DNA of 64,000 nucleotides from positions 160,001 to 224,000 of the forward strand of contig OY820579.1 of assembly GCA_963681965.1 (NCBI GenBank), written 5' to 3'. Positions 11,163 to 22,126 of the stretch are shown here, piece by piece. The notes below the pieces were generated by a model. The model did no database searches, was not told the DNA's origin, and worked only from the letters and a program-made list of their open reading frames with translations. Position 1 is the first letter of the stretch. Each line of letters starts with the position of its first letter. This stretch comes from a bacterium (GTDB lineage Bacteria; Electryoneota; JAOADG01). The translations under genes and the position numbers were made by a program.

Positions 11163-11224
11163 GTACAGACACTAGTGTCGGTACCTACAAATACCTGCGG
11201 GCGGCCGCGGGGAGCCGCCCCTAC
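11163..11224 (-). repeat. Two GTAG-type REP-like palindromes
   Basis: On the minus strand: GTAG-GTACCGACACTAGTGTCTGTAC (11163-11188) and GTAG-GGGCGGCTCCCCGCGGCCGCCC (11197-11224). Confidence 0.7.
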
Positions 11225-11290
11225 TACCGATTACAACTTATTATCAAGAGATACTAAAAAATATCTCGCATATAACAAGGAGGGTATCCA

Positions 11291-12247
11291 ATGCGATTCC
11301 TCACTCTGATTGGTCTGCTCATCACTATTTCGATCGCGGTTGCTCAACCGGTTATCCAGATACAGCATTATGGTTGGAATAACGGTCGAACCCGCAATTT
11401 TCGGGTCGGTGGTTTTTCGACATCGGTATACGACGTCACCAGCGGCACCGGGAAGACTTGGACATTCACCGTTCCGACCGGTTCTTCATATCAGAATACC
11501 AATTTTGTTACCGTCTCGGGTAACAGCACCTGGCCGACGGCGAATTTAAGGATGGATTACACTCAATATTTAATCGGTACGTTATCGAGTGGTAGTTGCT
11601 ACCTCTTCGTCGGTGATAGCGATATTTACTCGCTCGGTTACACCGGCGCTCCGAACACGATTTGGAATCCCGCGATTCCGAATGGGATGCCTCATCGCTT
11701 GAATAAAACCTGGCAGGGGAATTACAGCTATGGTTCCGGCACTTACAATATTGTCGGCACGGTGATTTCCAGCGGGACATCGACTTCGCACTACGGCACT
11801 TTCCCGACACTGCTGGTTCGATACAACTACTCTTCGGGAACCTTCAGTTATCAGGCGTATCAGTGGGAGACACAGGAATACGGCATCATCGCGCAGGCGA
11901 ATACACTTAATGGCGGAATGTTGTATGTACTGAACGAGGCAACGCCGAATACCGGGATTGATGAGATCCAATTCTCGTTGCCGGAAGCGATTTCATTGGG
12001 AAGTCCGTATCCCAATCCCGCAAATGGATCGGTAACGGTTCCGATATCATTGCCACACAACTTATCAATGCAGGTGAAAGTAGTCGATCTACTCGGTCGC
12101 GAAGTGTTGACACTATCACGGGGAAATATTGCTGCCGGAAACCATTCATTCAGCTTCGGTACCGATCGTCTCGCCAGCGGAAACTATCTGATTTCGGTGC
12201 AATCGAATCAGCAACAGTGGGTACAGCCACTGACAGTCGTGAAGTAA
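11291..12247 (+). CDS. Secreted protein with T9SS type-A-like C-terminal sorting domain
   Basis: AGGAGG RBS, signal peptide MRFLTLIGLLITISIAVA, C-terminal PYPNPANG...VVDLLGREV...LASGNYLI. Confidence 0.85.
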   Translation: MRFLTLIGLLITISIAVAQPVIQIQHYGWNNGRTRNFRVGGFSTSVYDVTSGTGKTWTFTVPTGSSYQNTNFVTVSGNSTWPTANLRMDYTQYLIGTLSSGSCYLFVGDSDIYSLGYTGAPNTIWNPAIPNGMPHRLNKTWQGNYSYGSGTYNIVGTVISSGTSTSHYGTFPTLLVRYNYSSGTFSYQAYQWETQEYGIIAQANTLNGGMLYVLNEATPNTGIDEIQFSLPEAISLGSPYPNPANGSVTVPISLPHNLSMQVKVVDLLGREVLTLSRGNIAAGNHSFSFGTDRLASGNYLISVQSNQQQWVQPLTVVK

Positions 12248-12255
12248 TCGTCGGA

Positions 12256-15200
12256 CTATTTTAGGAGTACGATCTTTCGAAGCGAATTCTCCTTTCCGTT
12301 CGATAACTTGAGGAAATATGTGCCTGAAGCTAGACCGGTTCCATTCAATTGTGTACGGTATTTTCCGACACTCCGAAATCCCTGTTCGAGCGCACGGATC
12401 TCACGACCTGATAGATCATATAATATTAGTTTAACATTACCGGAATGGCTGAGATTGTAATCGATCGTTGTCGCATTATTAAATGGATTCGGGTAGACGC
12501 TGGAAATTCCGAAGACATTCGGCAGAATATTCGTTTGAAGATTTCCGGATTCAGCAACTGCGTCTAGCCTCGCGGTAGTAAATCGAATCGCATGACTATT
12601 ATGAAGCGCCTCGGAACCGGGCGCTAAAATATTTGCGAACGCTACCTGCAAACCATCGGTTCGCTCCCAATTCATGATACCCACTGTCGTATAGTTGTTC
12701 GATTGATCGATCTCCGAGGCAGTGTGATAAAAGATATCAATCACACTATTTTGCTCGGAGCCGCTAGGATTGGTATAAAGCACTATTTCAAATTTCTGAT
12801 GTTGCTGTAGCGTTTCAAATCCATATTGCGAATAAGCACTCGCCCACTCTATGACAAAACTGTGATCATTCTGTATTGTACGATGCTGCGTAAACACCCG
12901 TACATTTTCGCTATCCGTAGAAGAACCTCGCAAATCATCCCAATTCGCGGCAATCATGCTGCGCGGACCCAAGGCATATGGCAATGCATGATTCAGATAA
13001 TCGCTCCGGTTCGTACTATCGAAACTGATCCATCCATTGGAGCAGATAGAAATCGCATGACCAGTCGGATACAATCGATCGTAAAAGCGGAAATCGAATG
13101 GCAAGGCGAGAGTCACAGTCTGATCGTCACCCAACTCCAGTGGTTCTCCCGAACCACCCAGCGCAGTATCCAACTCAATCCACCGGTAGATTGGATGCAC
13201 ACTGTTTCCGACGACGGTATCAATCTCTTCGTAGGCAAAATAACCGAAAATATCCGGTCCAGTCGGCATGTTTTGTGAACGTTCGCCGCAAGTGAGCGTG
13301 ATTTGGTACACTAACGTATCTGGACCATTCGGTTGATAAATCAGCGTGCGAATGGGAACGACCTGACCCGGCATCGCATTGGAGCGGACACGAAGCGTTA
13401 GGTCGATTGTACCGGAATCAGCGATTACCGGATTGAAGATTGTGCCGGAAAGAATTTGTATCACATCGGAATCAGACTCGAACCGCCAGTTGCATTGCGG
13501 GATTGGTGCACTGCCCCGATTGCTGATTTGCAGTTGAAGGGTAGTTTGATCGTTTTCACCAGGGTTCAGCGAACCGACAAGACACTCGTAACGATCAACC
13601 ATCGGATTGATCCAATTGACTGGTAACGCGAATCCAACTTCTTGACCAGAGAAATTGAGGTAAAGCGAGATTGGTGATCGATCGCGCAACGAATTCACGC
13701 GAATTCGAAACGACAGCATGGCGGTTCCTCCGGGATTGACTGTCCCGGCATTGCTTGTATCCTGCAAGATCGAAATTCGATTCGTCTCCGATGAATCGAA
13801 TAGTGTGGCATTCGCAATGACTGATGTCGATCCGACATTCTTGACATAGACCTGCAGATCGCCATTCTCGCCAGGATTCGGTAGCGATGCCGTGTTATTG
13901 TAATGGAGTGAGTCAACCCGGAACGATGTTGATACGGTATCAAGAACATAAAATTGAAATTGTGATGGAAGAAAATTGTTACCACAAACCATCACGAAAA
14001 CGAAGTCACCAGGAACTACCCGAAGTGGCAAAGTAACGGTTCCACTGGCATCAGTAATTCCGACAGCTTGATTATCAGCATTCGGTCCGACAATCAGCGA
14101 TGCAGTTAAGTTTGGTTGCGGTTGATTGGTTTGATGATCAAAAACGTGAAGCGTGATCGATGACATGCTCGAGTTGATTTGATCGGGAATAGTGACGGTG
14201 AGTGTATCCGGTACGCCGTACCAAAGCTGAAGCGATGGGTCGCCGAGAATATGATAGGATCGGAAATACCCTTCAACAGCATTCCATTCATTGGGAAAAT
14301 TTCGATACAACTCCAGTTTCCCACGCAGTGTTGCCGTTCCCAATTTATCCAACTTCTCATTCAGCCAGCCGTGCATTGTTCCGGCAAGTAGGGTGGGATT
14401 GTAGCGATTGCTCGTGTGAAGATGCGTCGCGCCGTAAAATGCCGGACCGCATTTCGGGATCGCGGGTGTTCCTGCTTCAATCCAAGCTTCACCGAAACAC
14501 TGATTGTCATCGACCGTTGCGTTTAGTGCGGCAAATCGTCCCGATTGGCACCCCATCGAATATAAGATCGCATCATCGCGATTTACCTGCGACAAGTCCG
14601 TTTTTTGTAACCGCGGGTAAAGCAAACCTTGCGAATCACTCAACCCCATATAGGTGATAACGGAGTTTCCACGATTGATCAACACCAGCACTGAATCGGT
14701 TCCGGGCATTGGCTGTGGTGGACAGAAATAAGTTGTCGTATCGTATCCCTGATCGGCAAGCAGTTGCGCAGTCCAACGCGAATAATCGATAACCGAAGGC
14801 GATAAAGAGTAGTTACCCGCGAAACTGAACGCGCGATTTCTACTTGGGTAAAAATGCAAACCGGGTGAATTGTGGTGGTCTACAGATTTATTAATGATCG
14901 TTGCCAAACCCGTTACAGATCCGAAAGGAATTCGACCAATCATCGCTTCCGGCCAAAAATCGTTACCATCGAGCAGAACATAATCAAGATCGGTGGGAAT
15001 GATCTCCGATGCCGAAAGTGTATACGGGAAGGTGGGTACATTATCGAGCCGGTCGGCATCCCCGAGGAGGACGACATATTCCACCGGAAGGATATGCGAC
15101 TGTTCGCGATAGACAGTTTCGATGATCGATTTGATATCATTCGCGGTTGCGCCCATCGGGATGTTACGGACGATAACATTGAAACCTGCCAGTTGTTTCT

Positions 15201-15951
15201 CTTGGACAAAATATCGAATGACAGCATTATAATCCGGATTGGGAGGGCGTACGATCAGATAGCTGCCGGGTCGCCATAGTTTCGAGCGTCCGATCGAAAA
15301 ATTCGGATATCCCAGAAAAGTCGTCTCATAAATTTGATCGAACGAGCGCAAGATTGGCGATGTGAAAACATTGCCGGTTGGCGTTGCGGACAAATCGATC
15401 TCGACTTCGCTATTGGCTTCGATCGTACCATCGGCTAGTTCGCGAATCGGATAGACTGTCACCGGTATCACACCGAAATCCTTGAAGACAGCCGCCTCGC
15501 CGACGTTGACCAGTGGCATACTCACAGCAGTTTTCGACCGGTGGTCGTCGGGTTGATCTAGATCGGAAGCGATAGCAACGATTCCATCCAACTGCAGAGG
15601 TGTATAAAGGGTTGGAAATTTCGCGGTAGCGATGGCTTTCCCGGTTACCGGCGAGTTAAAAGGGATGAAAACAGTGACACTGGAAATGTCGGGATAGCCA
15701 ATGCCGGGTTGTGATTCGTTGATACCACCAACACGGATCTTGACACCGGTAACCGATGATTCAACGGTGAATTGATTTATTCGGACGACGAAGCGAACGC
15801 GATATTCCGATCGCTGGAGCAGTTCGACAGTAGCGGTGGTGGATTGGGAAGTAATAAACGGCGAACTACCGGGCAATCGGATCGTTCGCGCAGTCGCAGC
15901 AGACAAATTGACAGCGACCAGCAGTGAAAGGATCGATAGCAGTTTCTTCAT
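12256..15951 (-). CDS. C25 (gingipain-like) peptidase-family protein with Ig-like and nidogen-like domains and T9SS-like CTD
   Basis: Signal peptide, propeptide-like region, YVVLLGDAD, PTDLDY..LDGNDFWPE..IGRIP, SMGCQSG, YHILGDPSL. C-terminal YPNPFN...KIVLLK. Confidence 0.85.
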   Translation of the reverse strand: MKKLLSILSLLVAVNLSAATARTIRLPGSSPFITSQSTTATVELLQRSEYRVRFVVRINQFTVESSVTGVKIRVGGINESQPGIGYPDISSVTVFIPFNSPVTGKAIATAKFPTLYTPLQLDGIVAIASDLDQPDDHRSKTAVSMPLVNVGEAAVFKDFGVIPVTVYPIRELADGTIEANSEVEIDLSATPTGNVFTSPILRSFDQIYETTFLGYPNFSIGRSKLWRPGSYLIVRPPNPDYNAVIRYFVQEKQLAGFNVIVRNIPMGATANDIKSIIETVYREQSHILPVEYVVLLGDADRLDNVPTFPYTLSASEIIPTDLDYVLLDGNDFWPEAMIGRIPFGSVTGLATIINKSVDHHNSPGLHFYPSRNRAFSFAGNYSLSPSVIDYSRWTAQLLADQGYDTTTYFCPPQPMPGTDSVLVLINRGNSVITYMGLSDSQGLLYPRLQKTDLSQVNRDDAILYSMGCQSGRFAALNATVDDNQCFGEAWIEAGTPAIPKCGPAFYGATHLHTSNRYNPTLLAGTMHGWLNEKLDKLGTATLRGKLELYRNFPNEWNAVEGYFRSYHILGDPSLQLWYGVPDTLTVTIPDQINSSMSSITLHVFDHQTNQPQPNLTASLIVGPNADNQAVGITDASGTVTLPLRVVPGDFVFVMVCGNNFLPSQFQFYVLDTVSTSFRVDSLHYNNTASLPNPGENGDLQVYVKNVGSTSVIANATLFDSSETNRISILQDTSNAGTVNPGGTAMLSFRIRVNSLRDRSPISLYLNFSGQEVGFALPVNWINPMVDRYECLVGSLNPGENDQTTLQLQISNRGSAPIPQCNWRFESDSDVIQILSGTIFNPVIADSGTIDLTLRVRSNAMPGQVVPIRTLIYQPNGPDTLVYQITLTCGERSQNMPTGPDIFGYFAYEEIDTVVGNSVHPIYRWIELDTALGGSGEPLELGDDQTVTLALPFDFRFYDRLYPTGHAISICSNGWISFDSTNRSDYLNHALPYALGPRSMIAANWDDLRGSSTDSENVRVFTQHRTIQNDHSFVIEWASAYSQYGFETLQQHQKFEIVLYTNPSGSEQNSVIDIFYHTASEIDQSNNYTTVGIMNWERTDGLQVAFANILAPGSEALHNSHAIRFTTARLDAVAESGNLQTNILPNVFGISSVYPNPFNNATTIDYNLSHSGNVKLILYDLSGREIRALEQGFRSVGKYRTQLNGTGLASGTYFLKLSNGKENSLRKIVLLK

Positions 15952-16109
15952 AAGTGCACCCTCGACAAGTTAGGCACTGCGTGATCTTTCCCATGATCGA
16001 ATTTTCAATCATTCAGAAGGAACTATTCGAGTCGGACATTCTCCTATTATAAAATAATTAACTTTTGGTATTACATCAAGACGCAATCGTCTCAACAAAA
16101 AAATATTTT

Positions 16110-18461
16110 TTAACGCAGCAGTACGATCTTGCGGGTAACAATCTGGTTATTTGACATTAATCGGAGAAAATATGTGCCTGACGCGAGCGCTGAACCATCC
16201 ACTTGAATGCGGTAACTCCCCGTGGCGCGATACCCCTGCTCGAGCGATCGGATTTCACGACCGGAGAGATCGAACAGCTTTAAGTCGATGGTGCCGGAAG
16301 CCGGTAGTGAATAGGATATGGTTGTGCTGGAATTGAAGGGATTGGGGTAGTTGGCTACTCGAAATCCAGTTATTGATTGTGCAATATTCTCTGTGGCATT
16401 CAATCCACCCGGGATAATCCCGAACAACTCTCCCCGAAGTACTATCTGTCCAAACATGGATTGGTCGTAGATCCGGTAAGCATAGGATCTACCATTGACC
16501 AAACCGACTGAATCGACAAACTGATAGTCAACTGGTATGTTACTAATCCCATTTAATGCAATCGTATGGTAACTACCCAATGAATTCCAGTATTCATTTG
16601 AATCGTTTTCCATTTTTCGATAAATATTAAAAAAGAGATTGTGATCTTCTGTCGCCGACCAATTCAAGGTTACCCGATTATTTCCCGGAATAGCGTTGCA
16701 AGTAAATGACGGCGAGGTAAACTGAGTGGATAAACTCCAATAACCTCTCAATGGTGGATTATATACGGTTGCTCGCCAGACATTCGGAGTACCAGCTTCA
16801 AAGAGTTCTATGCGAGGAAGAAAAATCTTCCAGTAGGAATTAAAATAAACTAATGCAGTAATCTGAGGATTGTGTGTTCGGGGGTCACCGAAGTTTGACG
16901 GCAGATCATTATCTGTAAAATAAAATTCGATATCTACATATGAATTGTTAAGTCCTCGCGTCTCAAAATCCCACCAGCGGTGAATGCTGTTACTTGAATC
17001 ATACGGCACTGACCATAACGAATCTTCTAACGCAATACGCGTGGGAAGATATCCCGGTCGATTAACTTCATAACCCGCGTAAACCTCGTCAGGTTGACGA
17101 CCAAACCCACCATAGAATGTCATTCCTATTGGTGGAATGTTATTTGTGTTTGGATCATCCGGAAAATTTAACACCCATGGATCGACATTTGCTCCTGGAT
17201 ACGGGTTTGCAACCGCAACCATTTGACCGTTGCTCCAGGGATTCCAAACAGTCTGATTTCCAGTACCGCACAAATCAACCGAAAATGAAGAATCGAGTGC
17301 ATTGCAGCTAAAACTCAGACGAGATCGATACACGCCCGATGCATCAGGACAGAATCGGACAACGATTTCAAGATAATTATGCAGCACATTTGGACTAACA
17401 GTGTACGAATTTTGATGATTTTGCAGATAAAAACAACTGCCCGTTTGTAACGAATTAATCCTCAATGTTCCGGGACCATTATTCATTATCACGAAAGATC
17501 GATCTGAACATTCATTAACCCGAACAGTTTCAAAATCGATAACGGAATCAAGTGGTAACCCATTCATTGTAATCTGAAAGCTCGGTATCGGTGTTGGAAG
17601 ACCTGACCCGCTTAATTCAAGGCGACAGATTCCTCCTGAACCGGAGTTGGTGAATTCAAAAGTACCCAACCGAGTACCGGTTTGCGATGGCGTAAAACTG
17701 ATTAATACGTCGAGATATTCGCCACTCGCTAATTGGCACCGACTCAGATTGTTGTGGAAATCGCCACTTGATACACCATTTCCAAGTGACAGACTAATCA
17801 GACTACGATTAGTGATTCGAATCGTATGAGTGATGGTAGAATCGCGATATATCGAACCGAAATTTACCGGGTTAGTGATTGAACTACCATCAGTTTCGGT
17901 GACACTAATTTCAGGTGGAACCGATAAACCACAGGGTTGCCAATTGGGAGCCGATGAAGACGGGTTCACCTGAATTGCATAAAGTGTGCTGTCGGACGAG
18001 GGGATAATGAATAGACCACCATCAACAAAGTGCGATCCTGAAATAAAGGGTACCGATGCAGTTGCAGAAATTTCCGCCCAAACGCGTAGGTAGAATTGCG
18101 TACCGGCATTCAGAGTATTCGGAGTACGTGTATCGATAGGGAAGGCGGTCTGTCCGGTTAAAACTACCGAGAAGGAACCACCATAAAACGTTCCAGTTCC
18201 AATCGCAAATGTTGAAATCAGAGTATCTCCACTCGCCGGCATGCCAAGAAAATTTCCCGATGATTGCGGTGGATGAATTGATCTATTCGGTCGAATAATC
18301 TGTACCAGTCTGCCTGTTGGAACCGGTATTCCGCTATACATGATGTTGATATTATTCGAGTGGATCCGATCGTAGGTATTAATCGAGATCGAAATGGGAT
18401 TTGCTGTTGCTAGCCCAGCAAACAAAATTATCGAAAGTAAGCAGCAGTATGTTTTCTTCAT
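16110..18461 (-). CDS. Secreted protein with two choice-of-anchor-D/ASH-like Ig domains and T9SS-like CTD
   Basis: Signal peptide. Two 'NFG/DFE...I.N.....L.....FTP...G...L.G.G' domains. NYPNPFNSSTT...KIVLLR C-terminus. Confidence 0.8.
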   Translation of the reverse strand: MKKTYCCLLSIILFAGLATANPISISINTYDRIHSNNINIMYSGIPVPTGRLVQIIRPNRSIHPPQSSGNFLGMPASGDTLISTFAIGTGTFYGGSFSVVLTGQTAFPIDTRTPNTLNAGTQFYLRVWAEISATASVPFISGSHFVDGGLFIIPSSDSTLYAIQVNPSSSAPNWQPCGLSVPPEISVTETDGSSITNPVNFGSIYRDSTITHTIRITNRSLISLSLGNGVSSGDFHNNLSRCQLASGEYLDVLISFTPSQTGTRLGTFEFTNSGSGGICRLELSGSGLPTPIPSFQITMNGLPLDSVIDFETVRVNECSDRSFVIMNNGPGTLRINSLQTGSCFYLQNHQNSYTVSPNVLHNYLEIVVRFCPDASGVYRSRLSFSCNALDSSFSVDLCGTGNQTVWNPWSNGQMVAVANPYPGANVDPWVLNFPDDPNTNNIPPIGMTFYGGFGRQPDEVYAGYEVNRPGYLPTRIALEDSLWSVPYDSSNSIHRWWDFETRGLNNSYVDIEFYFTDNDLPSNFGDPRTHNPQITALVYFNSYWKIFLPRIELFEAGTPNVWRATVYNPPLRGYWSLSTQFTSPSFTCNAIPGNNRVTLNWSATEDHNLFFNIYRKMENDSNEYWNSLGSYHTIALNGISNIPVDYQFVDSVGLVNGRSYAYRIYDQSMFGQIVLRGELFGIIPGGLNATENIAQSITGFRVANYPNPFNSSTTISYSLPASGTIDLKLFDLSGREIRSLEQGYRATGSYRIQVDGSALASGTYFLRLMSNNQIVTRKIVLLR

Positions 18462-18922
18462 ATCACACTCATTCGATAAAACCCATTGCCCATCATGTAT
18501 CTGGCTGAAAAATCTTCAGAATGAACGAACATCACAATTTTGAGTCGGCGAATTTTACCAAATTTTTCTTAGATTGATTTAGGTTACAAAACAGATCATG
18601 ATACTACAAGCATTATTTTGATAAATAATTTTTGCATTGTGCGCCGAATCAATTTGATGTTGTCCTCAACTTGGTAAAAATAAACCTAGTCACATGATTT
18701 ATAAGTCTTTATCATTACAAATTATCCAAATTTACTTTTTGATGTTGAGTGTATCGTGAAAATTACAAACTCAAGTATCGTTACTGATTACTCGAGAGTT
18801 AACTTTAAATCAATCAATTTGCATGAATGATAATTCCATTGTTTTTTAAGGTCAAAAACAGGCGAATAACTTACAGTGAGTGGTTCGCGGGTGTCATGCG
18901 AGGGTGTTGAAGAAAAAAAAAA

Positions 18923-19104
18923 GGAGGGCGTGGGAGCCCTCCCCTACTAAAAAAAGATGAAAGGAAAAAAACGGGAGGGCGTGGGAGCCCTCCCCTACTA
19001 AAAAAAGATGAAAAGATACAAAAACGGGAGGGCGTTGGAGCCCTCCCCTACTAAAAAAAGATGAAAAGAAAAAAACGGGAGGGCTCACGAGCCCTCCCCT
19101 GCTA
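18923..19104 (-). repeat. Tandem array of four GTAG-type REP palindromes with A-rich linkers
   Basis: (C)GGGAGGGCGTGGGAGCCCTCCCCTAC at 18923, 18972 and 19025, and a variant at 19076. Period ~51-53 bp with near-identical TAAAAAAAGATGAAA linkers. Confidence 0.85.
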
Positions 19105-19165
19105 CAAGAATATGGATGCAATATTTTACCGATTTAAAAAATTAGAGCTGCTGGGATGCTTCAAC

Positions 19166-20323
19166 TTACATCAATTTTTCGCGTAATCGCTCGAAGAAAC
19201 TCTTGCCGATCTCTTCGCTCGGACCGATGTCCTCCTGATCGAGTCGCTCGATGATTTCGCGCTGTTTCGAATTTAACTTTTCGGGAACCCAAACAGTGAT
19301 TACGACAATCTGATCGCCGCTGCCATAGCCGTTCAGATGCGGGATACCGGCATTGCGCATTCGAAGTTGTTTTCCACTCTGCGTTCCGACAGGGATCTTC
19401 AGTTTCGCCTTCCCTTTCAGCGTCGGAATTTCGACTTCACCGCCGAGTGCCGCACGTGGAAAGGAAATGACGAGATCGTAATACAGATCGTCGCCGTGAC
19501 GGGTAAAGACTTTATGTTCCTTCTCCTGAATGACGACAATGAGATCACCCGCTGGAGCACCACGCCGCCCGGCATGCCCCTGACCGCGCAACGTGAGGTA
19601 ATTGTCGTTGCGAACGCCGATCGGAATCTTGACGGCAACCGTCACTTCACCGCGAATACGACCTTCGCCACTGCACTCGGGACAGGGATTCTCGATCATG
19701 TGTCCGGCACCGCCACAAGTCGGGCAGACGGAAACCGATGAGATTTGTCCAAGGATCGTGCGTTGCACCTGCCGCACCTGTCCACGACCACTACAGGTTT
19801 TACAGGTGGTTTTCTTCGAGCCGGGTTTTGAACCGCTACCGTGACAAGTATCGCACTCTTTCAAGCGGCGAATCTTAATTTTCTTCTCGACACCGGTTGC
19901 GATCTCTTCCAGATCCAGTTGTACGGCTACTTGCAAATTTGAACCACGACTCGCTTCCTCAGGATCGCCACCACCACCGAAACCGAAGGGATCGAACCCG
20001 CCAAAACTACCTCCTCCACCGCCGCCAAAAGCAGAACCGAAGAAATCGCGGAAGATTTCGAATGGATCGACAGCGCCACCACTGAAACCACCACCAGCTC
20101 CCGGCATTTGATGCCCGAACCGGTCGTATTGCTGGCGCTTGGCGGGATCGGACAAGACCGAATACGCTTCGCCGATTTCCTTAAATTTATCCTCGGCTGT
20201 TTTATCGCCGGGATTCTTATCGGGGTGAAATTCCATCGCCAATTTGCGGTACGACTTTTTAATCTCTTCCGGCGAAGCCGATTTTTCAACCCCAAGTACT
20301 TCGTAATAATCGCGTTTTTCCAT
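19166..20323 (-). CDS. dnaJ: Molecular chaperone DnaJ
   Basis: J domain with HPD, G/F-rich region, four CxxCxGxG zinc-finger repeats. Confidence 0.98.
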   Translation of the reverse strand: MEKRDYYEVLGVEKSASPEEIKKSYRKLAMEFHPDKNPGDKTAEDKFKEIGEAYSVLSDPAKRQQYDRFGHQMPGAGGGFSGGAVDPFEIFRDFFGSAFGGGGGGSFGGFDPFGFGGGGDPEEASRGSNLQVAVQLDLEEIATGVEKKIKIRRLKECDTCHGSGSKPGSKKTTCKTCSGRGQVRQVQRTILGQISSVSVCPTCGGAGHMIENPCPECSGEGRIRGEVTVAVKIPIGVRNDNYLTLRGQGHAGRRGAPAGDLIVVIQEKEHKVFTRHGDDLYYDLVISFPRAALGGEVEIPTLKGKAKLKIPVGTQSGKQLRMRNAGIPHLNGYGSGDQIVVITVWVPEKLNSKQREIIERLDQEDIGPSEEIGKSFFERLREKLM

Positions 20324-20356
20324 AATACTTTTTTACGAATCGACGATCGATTCGAT

Positions 20357-21016
20357 TTACTCCCCAGCTTCCGGTTTTACGGCTACCATAACTTTCGCAG
20401 CATGCAACAAGTGATCGTGCATTTTCCAACCCGGTTCGATCAGAATCGCAACGGAATGATCGGCGAATTCGGTCGAAGGCATACTGCCGATCGCTTCATG
20501 CAATGCAGGATCAAAGGGTGTTCCGGGTTTCGGTGCGATCTTCTCGATGGCAACTGCTTCCAAGGCGCGACCTAATTTGCTATAGAGCATCTGCACCGCT
20601 TCGAGTAATTTTTCCGCTTCGGTATTGACGCTGAATTGCACAATCCGCTCAAGGTCGAGTAGCGGCGAAACCAATTGCTTCGCCAGCGGTTCGGGACCAT
20701 ACTTACGCAGTTCACCAATCTCTACGTGCTTGCGGCGCTGGATTGTCTGTGTTTCGGCGATTGCACGAAGGGTTTCGCTTTGCGCTTCTTTCAATTCGGA
20801 TTCGAGTTTCGCAATTTTTGTTTCGAACTCAGTGATCTGCGTCTGATGGAGTTCATTCTGCAGATTCGATTCCGGAGCTGAAGAGACTGCGGGATCCGAT
20901 TCGACAGGCGATTCCGGGTCATCCTGAGTAATCGGAATATCAGTCGGTTTTCCCGTCGCGGTATAGGCGCGAGGATCGCTTTTTTTGTGATCAGATTTCT
21001 TAAACAAGTTGTTCAT
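20357..21016 (-). CDS. grpE: Nucleotide exchange factor GrpE
   Basis: LRAIAE..., G.PFDPALHEA, GW.MHD.LL.AAKV.V. Start reassigned to the ATG at 21016, which overlaps the hrcA stop (ATGA). Confidence 0.92.
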   Translation of the reverse strand: MNNLFKKSDHKKSDPRAYTATGKPTDIPITQDDPESPVESDPAVSSAPESNLQNELHQTQITEFETKIAKLESELKEAQSETLRAIAETQTIQRRKHVEIGELRKYGPEPLAKQLVSPLLDLERIVQFSVNTEAEKLLEAVQMLYSKLGRALEAVAIEKIAPKPGTPFDPALHEAIGSMPSTEFADHSVAILIEPGWKMHDHLLHAAKVMVAVKPEAGE

Positions 21017-22050
21017 ACCTTTGTGTGAATTTTGGTTAACAATGATGCGGCATAACCCGCGAGCGCCATGTGCCGGGGATAATCCATACGGGTGGGACCG
21101 ATGATACCGATCGTTCCCATCAGGTCGCCAACACAATAATTCGCGGCGATACACGATAGTTCCCGGGTCGCAGGATTGCCAGTCTCTTCGCCGATTTTTA
21201 CGACGACCGAATCTTCTTCATTATCCAACAAGTGCAGGAGAATATCGTTCCCCTCCAACAGTTCGATCACTGCTCGCATCTTGTCCGGGTCGCGAAATTC
21301 GGGTTGCGACAGGGCATTCCCGGTTCCGGCAACGCTCGGTGTTTGATCGCCGAATAGCGAATCGGTGTAATTGAGAATTAACCGCACCAATTCGGAGTGC
21401 GCCAATCCGGTATCGGCTAAGCGTTGATCCGCTTCATTCAGCAAATCGGATAATTTTACGCCGCTGAGACGTTCGTTCATCAATCGGTTGAGACCGATCA
21501 ATTCCGTCGGTGAGACCCGCATTGGCAGTTCGATCAGAATGGTTTTGATCATCCCTTCCAGCAACGATACGACAAGTAGAAGGCGCTCTTCGGCAATTGG
21601 GATTAACTCGATACGTTGCAGAATACCACGGTCGAGACGAGGTGACAGAACTACGGTAATTAAATGCGATGCCTGCGCCAAAATCGAGGCGAAACGCGAT
21701 AACAGTTCGGTGCCTTGAATCGGCATCTCTTCGAATTCGCGTTCGATCTGCGCTTGGATCGTTCGTTCAATTCGGGGCTGGGTAATATTATCTACGAATA
21801 CGCGATATCCCAACGCAGTCGGCACGCGACCACCGGACGTATGCGTGTGTGTCAGCATACCGGCAGCTTCCAAGTCCGCCATCACATTGCGCACTGTTGC
21901 TGAAGAAACATTCAGTGCCGATCCTGCCAATGTCAATGAACTGACTGGTTGCGCGGTCAGTACAAATTGATGGACGATCGCATTCAGCACTTCGCGGTGA
22001 CGTTCCGAAAGAGTAAGTGGCGAGACGATATTTTTCCGCACCGAATTCAT
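21013..22050 (-). CDS. hrcA: Heat-inducible transcription repressor HrcA
   Basis: SSATVRNVMADLE..G.L...HTSGGRVPT..GYR.FVD and GIIGPTRMDY. Confidence 0.96.
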   Translation of the reverse strand: MNSVRKNIVSPLTLSERHREVLNAIVHQFVLTAQPVSSLTLAGSALNVSSATVRNVMADLEAAGMLTHTHTSGGRVPTALGYRVFVDNITQPRIERTIQAQIEREFEEMPIQGTELLSRFASILAQASHLITVVLSPRLDRGILQRIELIPIAEERLLLVVSLLEGMIKTILIELPMRVSPTELIGLNRLMNERLSGVKLSDLLNEADQRLADTGLAHSELVRLILNYTDSLFGDQTPSVAGTGNALSQPEFRDPDKMRAVIELLEGNDILLHLLDNEEDSVVVKIGEETGNPATRELSCIAANYCVGDLMGTIGIIGPTRMDYPRHMALAGYAASLLTKIHTKV

Positions 22051-22126
22051 TAATTACTGCTATCTTTATGTTATTTTATAACTTACCTATTACCAAACAA
22101 CACTGGTCTCAGTAAACAATACGAAC

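Noticed and set aside
18923-19104. Possible CRISPR array (palindromic repeats at ~52-bp period)
   Set aside because: The 'spacers' are near-identical A-rich linkers, the same repeat occurs singly elsewhere (47739-47765), it has REP-type GTAG-plus-hairpin structure, and no cas genes are present.
22051-22126. CIRCE element upstream of hrcA
   Set aside because: No match to the inverted repeat was found by eye.
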